64,000 bases of DNA from Azolla caroliniana (lineage: Eukaryota; Plantae; Polypodiophyta): the NCBI GenBank assembly GCA_043228905.1, contig JBHGNT010000017.1:13516001-13580000 (forward strand), written 5' to 3'. This document shows positions 12,300 to 23,500 of this stretch, piece after piece; the stretch's first letter is position 1, and every line of letters begins with the position of its first letter. A model generated the notes under the pieces. The model worked only from the letters and a program-made list of their open reading frames with translations. It ran no database searches and was not told the origin of the DNA. The translations under genes were made by a program, and so were the position numbers.

Positions 12300-15200
12300 G
12301 TGATCTATGTAGAATCCCCTAATTCAGATGATGCACTCACTGATGTTTAAACCAAGTATCACACTTTTGGAAAGGAGTTCAAAAGGGTGCGTGTGTGACG
12401 AGGTATAATTGTCATTGCATTGGTTCATTCTTGCACTCACAAGCAAAGGAGTTCATCGCGGTGTGGGTGTAGCTTCTATGTCCGAGTTAGAAGGAACGTG
12501 GGGGTTGACCATGGGACCATGACCATTTCAATATATGGACCTCATAATGGTCATGTTCCAAGAAGTAAAAGGAGGCCGGATGTGTAACATTTGCCAACAC
12601 ACCCAAATGTCATAAGTTGTCGCAAAGATGACCTATTTGATGTTGGTTGTGCAAGGCACGTTGCACGGATGAGCAAGCGCAAAGAAGCATATCACAAGTC
12701 AAAGGCTAGTCCATTAGAACTTGTCAGTCATATGTTCTTTATGATACCAAAGGAGGTTAATAACATGACAAATGTGTTAAAATTTGGGAGTGCCATGTCA
12801 AAGGTTGATTGATCTTTGATGATGCACACTGCCTATACACTACGAGATCTTGGGAAAGTGGCTCATGTCCAACCCTACTTGCCTGTGAATGTGGATCTCT
12901 AGCCAAGCAACAATTTATCGTGATACTTCAAGATCAATGGATGTTGGAAATGTGTGAGAGGTTGTTGCAAAACAACTCTTGGGCAATTGACTCCACATTT
13001 AAAACAAACCAATTTGGGTTGTCAATATATGTAGTGGTTGCCCCAAACGCCATGGGAATTGGGATCCCATTATGGTACATGATTTGTAGATAGACAAAGG
13101 GGTCAAACCGTGAACAAATTGCATTAAAAACTTGCTTGAGAGTCATATTCGCAAGGATGTAGAAGGTGAGACCAAATGCAATGGTGATCAATAAAATGTC
13201 GGACATCATATAATGTCATATCTAATGTGGTTGCCCAATTCCGTCATTCTTGGCAAGTTACAAATGGGCAACGTGTCGAATACGAGTGTATAATGGCCGT
13301 ATTCACACTGTCCCTTTGGACAGCCCAAGTTTGGGCTCTTTCTGTAAATAGCATAAAGGGCAATTGCCCTAAGATAGTCACTATATAAAGTGACTTTGTA
13401 ACCTTTAGTTAAGGGTTTAGGCTCTACTTACGGAAGTACACATAATAAATATGTCGCCAAGTAGACCTCTAGGACTTAAAATACCTCAGGAAACATGGAC
13501 CAACAGTAAGCCGAATTATGACAAGCTGAGGATCTTCGGTTGCAAGCCGTATGCCCTCATACCGAAAGACGATCGCCGGAAACTCGAACCAAGATCAAGG
13601 AAATGCATTTTCCTTGGATATGGACCCGATGGCGAGATCGGATACCGACTCTGGGCCCGAGCACAGACAAATCGTCTGAAGTTCGGACATTGTGTTCAAC
13701 GAGTTGGCTATGCATAAAACGGCCGAAAGGCCTATTGAAGTCCGAAGGGTAATATTTTCTGAAGTGCCAACCCTTCATGACGGCCTAGCCCACCACACGA
13801 GATCGGTTTCATGGGTAACCGACAACTGTGGCACCGAATCCACCGATTCGGCATAGCCGAATGGCTCGGCTCCCGACCATCCAACATCGACACCCGTTGC
13901 GACTAGTCCAGTCATACCCCACAGATCCGAGAGACTGTTGCAACCTCCGGCGAGGTACTCTCTGACGCCGGCGAACCAACGTCTTACGAAGAAGCATCGA
14001 CATCTGTCGACTCAGCCACTTGGCATCTGGCTATGGAGTCGGAAATGCACTCCATTCGCACAAACAAGACTTGGGACTTGGTCAAATTACCGAAGATTCG
14101 ATGTGCTCTTCCGTGTAAGTGGGTCTATCAACTAATAGAGACGTCTGACTCGACCAACCCAAAGTACAAGGCCAGATTAGTTGCGAAGGGATTTCGACAA
14201 GAATATGGCGTCGACTTCGACGAAATCTTTTCAACAATGGTGAAAATGACAACCCTTCGTTTCATGCTTGGTGTTGTGGCCGCCGACAACTTGGAGCTGA
14301 TTTAGCTAGATGTAAAAACGACATTCCTCCACGGTGACCTACAGGAGGAAATCTATATGGAGCAGCCGAAAGACTTTGTGGCATCCGGTCAGGAACATCT
14401 AGTCTGCCAACTCAGGAAGAGCTTATACGGCCTGAAACAGGCACCTTGACAGTGGTACAAGAAGTTTGACAACTTCATCCAGTCGGTCGGCTTCTCCAAG
14501 AGCAATGAGGACCACTGTCTCTTCACAAAAACAACTCAAGATGGGTCTCCCATCTTCCTCATCATTTACGTGGACGATATGCTACTCTCCGGCCGACATG
14601 CCGGAGAGCTCACCGAACTCGTTTGGAAACTGCGGTTGAAGTTTGCCATGAAGGACCTCGGTCCGGCAAGACACATACTTGGTATGAAGATTAGTCGGCA
14701 TCGCGATAAATGACAACTTTTCTTGTCTCAAACCGACTACATCGGACGTGTATTGGAATGCTTCAACATGCACTCGGCCAAATCTGCTTCGACCCCGCTC
14801 CCCATTAACCTTCGGCTGTCTCAACGAGACTGCCTGACATCTGGTCCGAAGGGGGAAGATATGAAGTCGGTATTGTACGCACCGACAGTTGGCTCCCTTA
14901 TGTACGGGATGGTCGTGACACGGCCTGATATTTCTCACGCCATAGGAGTTGTCAGCAGATTCATGCACAACCTAGGCCGATCGCACTGGAACGCAGTCAA
15001 GCATGTGTTCAGATATCTAGCTAGCACAAAAGACCACGACATTCTTTTCGGCCCGAACTCAACCTCAAGCGTAGTCGGTTACACCAACTCGGACTTCACC
15101 AGCTGTGTGGACAGTTGGAGATCAACAATAGGATACTGTTTCAAATTCGGCAATGGAGCAATCTCGTGGAAGTCGAAACTTCAAGAGTGCACAACCACCT

Positions 15201-17364
15201 CAACGACCGAAGCGGAATATGTAGTTGCGTACGACGCGGCAAAAGAAGCTTTATGGCTTGGTCGGCTAGCACACATGTTTCAACATGTCGACTCCGACTC
15301 GGCTCCAGTTGTCTACAACGACAGTCAGGGTGTTGTTGCTTTGTCAAAGAATTCGGTTCACCACAACGCCTCCAAGCATATCGACATTCGATATCACTTC
15401 GTTCGAGATTGCGTCATTTCAGGGAAAATCGGTCTCGAGAAAATATCCACAACCGATAATGTCGCAAATGGAATGACCAAGTGTCTTTTGGCGGATCATT
15501 TCCGGTCCCTTCGGCACCAGATGGGCGTAACGAAAAATCGGTCCGGTTAAAGTCGGACACACATCACAGGATGGTTTCGAATCACCGACATCGGTTCTTT
15601 GAGGATCGGCTTCAGCTCTTCCAACCCGACTGGTTTGGTCTTCTGTCTTCAAATCTTGCCGACTCTAACAAAACCGATATGTCCGATAAACCTTGTATAT
15701 ACCTGTAATTTTTTAGATAACCCATGTATACGCCCATTACGGGGGAGTGTCGAATACGAGTGTATAATGGCCGTATTCACACTATCCCTTTGGACAACCC
15801 AAGTTTGGGCTATTTCTGTAAATAGCATAAAGGGAAGTTGCCCTAAGATAGTCACTATATAAAGTGACTTTGTAACCTTTAGTTAAGGTGGTTGTTGGTT
15901 GTCATTCTTTTTGTAACTGTTGCTATTGGAATATAACATTTGTTTTGTGCCTATCTCTCTCTCTATGTGTGTGTCTATCTTGCTTATGCGCATACACTGG
16001 TTCTTCTTCATCACAAATGTTGCTTGCACTTCCGCATTGACGGCCATGTCCCCAACACAACGGTTCCAAACACATTGTCGCCTTTTGTTGTGTTAGTTCC
16101 ATGCAAAAAAATCATGGATGGACAACTTGTTGCCCAAAGTAAGCGTTGCCGAGAGAAATCATCTCTATCAACAGATGTGCCAACTCATGCATTGCATTGC
16201 GAAATTCACGTTCCATGCGATGTGCGAGGAGTTAAAGTTAGAATATGTGGACAAACCCAATGTTTGGCAATATATAGGAGGATGGTGTGGCTTGACATGT
16301 GTTTGGAGGAAACAATGGCTCAAGTTTGGTAGATTATTCAAAACTACGGACATGTTGACACTACCAATATTTTGGAGAGACATTGGCAGTTTATCAAGTA
16401 TATTGCCTTGAGAGGAAGAATAAACCATTCTATTACTGATCTTGTGCATGTCTTAATTGGGGACAGTGAATCTAACACTTGCATTGGAGGGATTGTCATA
16501 GGATGGTACATGCAACGACAAGAAATATGTGAGAGTGGTAGATTTACACCTCGTGTAAATTGTAGTGATCAAATGTCAAGACTTAAAGAGAACGAGAGGA
16601 TATTGAAAGGTATGTGATTGATACCAACACATGCAAATTGTGGATGATGCCCAATATTGGTTTAGAATATTGTGTATGAAGATTCCCACTCTATGGTATA
16701 ATGTCTCACTCCAATGCTCATATTGTGATTGCCAAGACCTTGCAAGTAAATGTAAGCATTGACTCAAAATTTGAATGATCATTGAGACACATATGCCAAC
16801 ACTATGTGGGTCATTACCATTTATAGATAATGATGCCCAAATGCAAATGCGAGATATCACAGAAATAGAAGTGGAGACAGAGGCAGAACTAGATGTAGAG
16901 ATAAACCTTACTAAATTTGACATGGAATCGTGGAAGTCTCAAATATAAACAACCAAGGAAGTTATTCAATGGCTCGAGCAAGGGTTAAGATTTAGAGCTT
17001 CTTGTTGAGGATTGTATGCAACAAAGGGTAGATCTGTGGTAGAAGATGTACGGTTTAGATGCATCAAAATCAACCAACGAAGAAGGCGCAAGATCCGTAA
17101 ATCGGAAGCAACAAATTGGTGTCAAAAGAGGAGCGACGGTTGATATCTCGCAAGAACTTTTTGGCAGCTCCCCAAACACTTCCAAATCCACACCGGAAAA
17201 CTACAGAGAGGTGCAAGTTGGGCAAGAGGTAGTTGTCAATATGGGAGACCGAGAAGGTTCGGTGTTTGCATAACAATGGCTTGACCTTGACTTCAAGGAA
17301 CTCGAATGTTGAGTGTTGCAAAAATTGTGGGTGCCTTTTGTCATCATTGCCACATGAGCCATAA
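12300..17364 (+). pseudogene. Mutator-like (MULE) DDE transposase with SWIM finger and C-terminal C4 zinc ribbon, split by copia D
   Basis: WAIDSTFKTNQFG (first D), AMVINK (decayed second-D region), LLC*FHAKKSW (CxxH) resuming right after the copia TSD, TTNILERHWQFIK (E), SWIM-like YCDCQD..KCKH near 16720, terminal CKNC..EP*. Start is approximate. Confidence 0.8.
13274..16057 (+). mobile_element. Ty1/copia element D (same family as A), 5' half deleted
   Basis: Perfect TSD CAACG on both sides. 3' LTR 15748-16057 after PPT GGGGGAG. The 5' LTR matches only 13274-~13414, then jumps into integrase (LLTEVHIINMSPS). RT/RH at 14033-15550. Confidence 0.95.
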
Positions 17365-18059
17365 TCTTTGCTTATGTGTGTATTCATATTTCATCTTTAG
17401 GTTTTCTGACTGGACTTTGGACATTTTTTGTCTTTGAAATCAAAACTACATAGCTTGGGATGTCATAAACATTTTGTGGAAGGAAATTTGCGTAACTTGA
17501 AGTTTTATGCTTTAAGGTAAGTGTAATTTGAAATTTTAAGTTTTATCTAATCAGAAGTTTTAGATTTTTTTGAGGAATTTTTGTTTTACAATTGGGATTT
17601 TTTGAAGTTTTTGATGTCAAATTTTGAGTCGGGTTCCCATCCCGAGTCGGCCGGACTCTTGATTTGAGTTGGATTCTTGCCCTAAGACAGTCGGCCTCCT
17701 AGTGATACATAGAGGCTAACAACGGGTCGGGCTCCTAGTGACAGAGGCTATCAAAGTCAGGCCAGTGATATAGGCTATTAGCTTTTTTTGGTGACGCGTA
17801 GTTTTTTTTATCTAGATCGGACAGTGCATATCACATGCGCCCTCTGTGATGCACCCTGCACCATCCATGCCTGCGATTCCCTCGCAAGCCCTCTTTATGA
17901 TTTGGTAACAATTACAGAAGAGCATAGATACATATATGGATACATACACACACACACACACATACATACATAGATTGACATATTTGCATTCGTGGGGCCT
18001 CCTCCACGGATACCAATGAATACACATAAGAATACATCTTCCAATATTCGTTAACTTTT

Positions 18060-20300
18060 TTTTTTCCCTAATGTTTTTTTTGAAAAAATGTATTCAACGA
18101 GTAGCGAATAGGGAAGAGCTTTGCAGGGAATAGCAATCAATAGGGAACAATGAACACCATCAAACATCGGCTCCTTCAAATTTAGGGTTCGCCTACGTCC
18201 TTTCCTCCTCCTGCGTAATACATACGTTTGGGCAAAACCCGGGCAAAACTCACTAAGACTGTCTCTCTTCTACATTTCCTCATACTTTGTGATGTTTGAC
18301 GTCCCAACCTCCTGCTATTGATAATTGTGTCTAGATAATGAATTTCTAGTCTTTTTACTCCTTTGAATGCATATAACCCCACACAATTTGGTTAGTGACA
18401 GTCCTACTAAGGCATATAAAGAAAATGATAAGTTGTGTAATTGAACCAAATTTGAGAAAAAGGTATCCTATCTCCCCACCTATGCTTGGTAATGATGAGG
18501 ATCATATGGAAATAAATCCATGGAATTATGAAGATGTTAGGAGCTATGGTGATGAAAACATATTGAAAATAATTGCATGGATTATGAATATGTTGTGGGT
18601 TTTTTATCAATTGGGTCATTTAATATAGTGTATTTTGTTGCATAATTTAGTCATAGTATCCTGAGTAAATTGGTTGTGGAGGCATTCTATTTGAGACCTC
18701 TTTCTACATATTGCTTCCTGAAAATTAGGGTTTGGGCAAAACTCGGTAAGTCTCTCTTTTCATCTCAGTTGTCCAATAATCCATGATTTATTCATGCAAT
18801 GATCATAAGATTAGATTTTAATTAGAGGCATTGTAGGATCATCCAAACTTAATTAGATTTTAATTAGAGGCCGGATTAATGAAGATTTTGGATCAAAAAG
18901 TCTCTTAAAATTATTCCCTGAAAATTAGGGTTTTGCCAAAGCTCATTAAGTCTCTCTTCTCATGTCAATGTTGTCCAATCTTCTGTGATTTATTCATGCT
19001 AGCATTGTAGGATTATGCAATCATAATAGATTTTAATTAGAGGTAGGATTAATGAAGATTTCGGCTAACGATGGTTTTAATTCATTTTTAGGTATCAAAT
19101 TAATCTCTTTCAGGATCAATTGAAGGTTAATTTACTAAATGGTGAAGCAAAAGAGCTTCGAATGGAATCATGTGTCTGTTTTGAGAAAACATGATAAGGG
19201 TATGCCTGTTGTTCAATGCAAACATTGTCACCGTGTATTTGTTGGTGGCCCTTTCGAATTAGAGCTCACTTGTTGGACTTGAAAGGTTTAGGTGTTGACA
19301 AATGCCGTCAAATTGATGCTGTTATAAAAGCTGAAGTACAAAAAATGGTATCTGGTTGTAAAAATGTTGACATGAATGGTGAGTCATCAATGGAATGCAA
19401 TGCTGAAATTTGTAATTGAAGAAATAGGTCAGACGCTGGTGTATCACCTAGGTGCACCGAAGAAGACCGTGGATCCATAGGGCGTAAGCAAGCAATTGGT
19501 GCCAAAAGGGGAGCATCAATCAACATTTCACAAGATCTTATTGGCAGCTCCCCAAACACTTGCAAGGCACACACAGGAAAAATGCAAAGAGGCGCAAGTC
19601 AAGCTAGGAGGCGGTTGCCAATATGTGCAACAGAGAAGATGCAATGCTTGCATTGCAATGCCTTGACCTTTAGATCAAGGGACTCAAATGTTGATTGTTG
19701 CAAGAATTGTGGTCGCATCTTGCCATCATCTCCGGATGAGCCATAAACATAGCTTGAGTGGTTTTGCGAACCGGTGCATTTGGGTTTACAATGTTTCAAG
19801 TGGATTTATGTTGATTTATGAGTGCATTTGGGAGTATGTCATATGTTGATTTATGTTTTAAGTTTCCTTATTCAAGTATGTCATCCTTTGATTTGGGTTT
19901 ACGGTGTTTAAAGTGGATTTACGTTCTCTGTTTTAAGTTTTATGTTTTTCAACTTTTAACTTTTATCTTTTAATATGATTATTTGTTTTAACATAAGTAT
20001 GGTAAAGATCGTCGATTTTGAATAATTTAACGTTGGATTTTGTGACTGTTTGATATGTTATTGTAAGTTTTAAGGGTAATGAACAAGCTTATTTGAAGAT
20101 TTTGGTCGAAATGATACATTTGGCTGGGCGACTTGCAACAGTCAGAGTTGGGCAGTCAGAGTTGGGCGACCTCTGACAACAGTTTTTTTCGCGTGTTCTT
20201 CCTTATCGAAATCTGACGGTGCAGATCGCACGTGCCTTCCTCTAAGCGACCTACACCGTCTGTGGCCGCGATTCCCTCGCCAGCCCTCTTTATGATTTGA
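18060..20300 (+). mobile_element. Non-autonomous element sharing its 3' coding tail and terminus with the upstream MULE-like element
   Basis: 19480-19746 is homologous to 17095-17364, and 20268-20299 is 31/32 identical to 17873-17904. Internal repeats contain ATTAGGGTTT. Left boundary uncertain. Confidence 0.65.
19139..19746 (+). pseudogene. BED zinc finger + C4 zinc ribbon small protein (one frameshift, one stop)
   Basis: MVKQKSFEWNHVSV..VQCKHCHRVFVGGP/RIRAHLL..GVDKC (BED finger), then GAKRGASINISQDLIGSSPNT..CLHC..CCKNC..EP*. Frameshift near 19252, TGA at 19417. Confidence 0.7.
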
Positions 20301-20319
20301 TGCAGAATAGACACGAGCC

Positions 20320-20461
20320 ACACACACACACACACACATACATACATACATACATACATACATACACACAGACACATACATACATACATACATACATACA
20401 TACATACATACATACATACATACATACATACATACATACATACATACATACATACATACAT
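20320..20461. repeat. (CA)n/(TACA)n microsatellite
   Basis: Direct reading; about 30 TACA units ending about 115 bp upstream of the Sec23 ATG. Confidence 0.98.
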
Positions 20462-20574
20462 AATGCTATGTATATACTATACCCATGATATGTGTGTGTA
20501 TACAGTATAGAGTCTTAGAGAGACAAACATATGGTCTTGGAAGAGCAGGAGCAGGAGCAGGAGCAGGAGAAGCC

Positions 20575-23500
20575 ATGGGGGATGCACAGGAGAAGAAGAA
20601 TTTTCCTGTTCTCCACCCCCATCCCCAACCTAATCCCCACTCGCCTACCACCATAGCTCGCCAATTCTCCTCCTCTGCAGAGATCCCTCTGTCAAATGGT
20701 CCTTGGATGGACCCACACTATCAATCTGCTACACCAGAGACAGGATCGGGATCAGGATCGACGATTGGCAGGATGTATTTGCCCCCACCTCCTCCTCCGC
20801 CGCCTGATTTCTCCCCTGCTGCCATCGCCGCCCTCTATTCCTCTCCTTCTTTCACCTCCCCTCCCCCTCCCCCTTCGTTTGCATCCCCTTTGGCTTCTTC
20901 TCCGGCTTCTTTTCGAGAAATCCCTGTTGCTTCGGGAACGCAGCATCATCCAGCCGCAGCAGCGATGATGACGATGACAATGAATGGCAATGAACAGTTA
21001 AGCACCGATTTTTCTGATACACAGATGGATTCTTCGAGCTGGTCTGCCGCTTCCTCATTTGTTCTCTTCTCCGCCCACACTGTAAGTAGCCTGAAATCCT
21101 GTATGGTTGTTTACTTTTTTTGTTTTTTTGGATCTATGTTTTGTGTATGGTTGCCTTTTCTGGATATGGAAACTTCATTAAAATTGAAGGCAAACATTTG
21201 TGCTACTAGTCTTATGGGTTCGTTTCTCCTGTAAAAGACATTGTAATGTCTGAGTTCTGTGAGGAAGGATCAGAGACAGGGGTCTCTTTCTGACACAGGG
21301 AAAATGTTGCAAACCTTTGTATTCGGATACGTATCCTTTGTTTTCATGGCAGAGATTGGCTAGATTCGCAGAGCTTTGCATGTAAGAAGATAATAATGTT
21401 GGGCACTCACTAGGAAACATGAAGGAAAGTAGGATTTTGTTTTTTGTCACAAAGTAAATTGCATAAAAGGACTTATTGGTGGATCAATCAATGAAGATCT
21501 TGTGCTTCCATTGGCAATAAGTAAGTCACATAGCTAAACTGATCTCACACCAAAACATAGATAGCTACTTATCTTAATGTCTGCTTTTGAACTAGAGTTG
21601 TTTATTGACCCAACTCTTTTCCATACTCATGATCCTAGGGTTCTTTCGTTTAATTTTGTGACAGGCATTGAAGGAGAAGAAGACATTGAATATTCCAAGT
21701 CTCGGATTCGGTGCGATCATCTGCCCTGCAAGGGAGGTGATCCCAAGCCCGCCCATCATAAGAAGAAGCCCTTTCCGGTGCCAGAACTGTGGTGCTTTTT
21801 CTAACTTGTATTGTAGTATAGATCCTAACACAGGACAATGGAAATGCCCCTTTTGTGACAAGATGAATAGTAGCTCTGGGGAATACAGGGCAGCAAGCAA
21901 AGAAGAGCTTGTTAACTGGCCAGAACTTGTTACTTCTGTTGTGGATTATGTCGAGGTTAGCTCCCGACGCCCTGGATTTATACCAGTTTCTGAAACAATA
22001 ATGGCAGCTCCATTGATGATCCTTATCGATGAGAGTCTAGATGAAGCTCATTTGCAGCACCTGCAAAGCTCACTTCATGGGTTGCTCGATTCGTTAGCAC
22101 CTGCCACTCGACTTGGGATTATCACATATGGAAAGACAGTTTCAGTATATGATTTCTCTCAATCTGGGGTAGCGGCAGCTGATGTCTTCCCAGGAAATGC
22201 GCTTCGAAGTCATGAACTTCAGAAGACTTTACTCTATGGGACAGGAGTATATCTTGCTCCTTTGCATGTTTGTTTGTCTGTGGCTCATTCTATTGTATCA
22301 TCGTTACGCCCATATAAAGGGAGTTTGTCAGAAGCATCAAGAGACCGCTGTATGGGAACAGCAGTAGAAGTTGCTCTTTCTCTGATCCAAGGACCCTCTA
22401 TGGAAATGCCTAGAAGCATGGTGAAAAGGTCTGGGGGCTGTAGTCGTTTGCTGATTTGTGCTGGTGGACCTAACACTTTAGGTCAAGGTTCTGTGCCTCA
22501 TTCTCAAAGCCATCCAAACTACACATATTTGGAGCGAAAAGCTATCAAGCAGATGGAGCATTTAGGTCAAGAAGCTCGGAGACAGGATGCAATTGTGGAT
22601 ATACTTTGTGCAGGGACATGCCCTGTAAGAGTGCCAGTTGTTGAACCTTTGGCTACTGCTTCAGGGGGTGTGCTTATCTTGCATGATGATTTTGGTGAGT
22701 CCTTTGGTCTCAATTTACAGAGAGCAGCTAAAAGAACATCAGGATTCCGTGGTATTTTTGAATCGCGCTTTTCAGAGTGTTTTACAGCTAATCATGTCAT
22801 AGGACCAGGAAAAGCAGCTACCTTTAGCACTCATGAGACTGCCAAAAATGATAAGTCAGTCTCCATGGAGGTGCCCACAATGGAAGAGTGTCAGAGCTTT
22901 ACTATGTGTTTTGAACTGAAAAAAGATATAAAGGAAGAAAATGTTTACTTTCAGTTTGCAGCTCAGTACACCAACTCATATCTAATGAATGTTACACGTG
23001 TGATCACTGTAAGGCTGCCAACAACAAGCAGTTTGGCGAGCTATATACAGAGCATTGATGATGAAGTAGCTTCTGTGATTATTGGCAAGCGAACAGCAGC
23101 ATTTGCAAAGAATGCTTCAGACACTTTAGATATGCAAGGTTCCATTGATGAAAGGATGAAACAGATTGCGGCGAAGTTTGGCAAATCATTAAGTAAGACC
23201 TCCTTGCGTAGTTTTCCAAGAGAATTTCCCAAATTAGGAGAGACTCTGTTCCACTTGAGACGAGGTCCTTTGTTGGGAAGCATCATTGGTCACGAGGATG
23301 AAAGAGTTGTTCTTAGAAACATGTTTTTGCATGCCTCATTTGATATGTCTTTGCGTATAATATCTCCTCGAGTTCTTATGCATCGTGATGGTGGTACTTT
23401 CGAAGAGCTGCCGGCATATGATCTTGCAATGCAGTCAGATGCTGCTATTGTTCTTGATCATGGCACAGATGTTTTTATCTGGATGGTAATCCTTCTTTTA

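Noticed and set aside
20142-20488. ORFs with MYVC/HTYI repeats
   Set aside because: Translations of the (TACA)n microsatellite; no spacers, so not a CRISPR-like array either.
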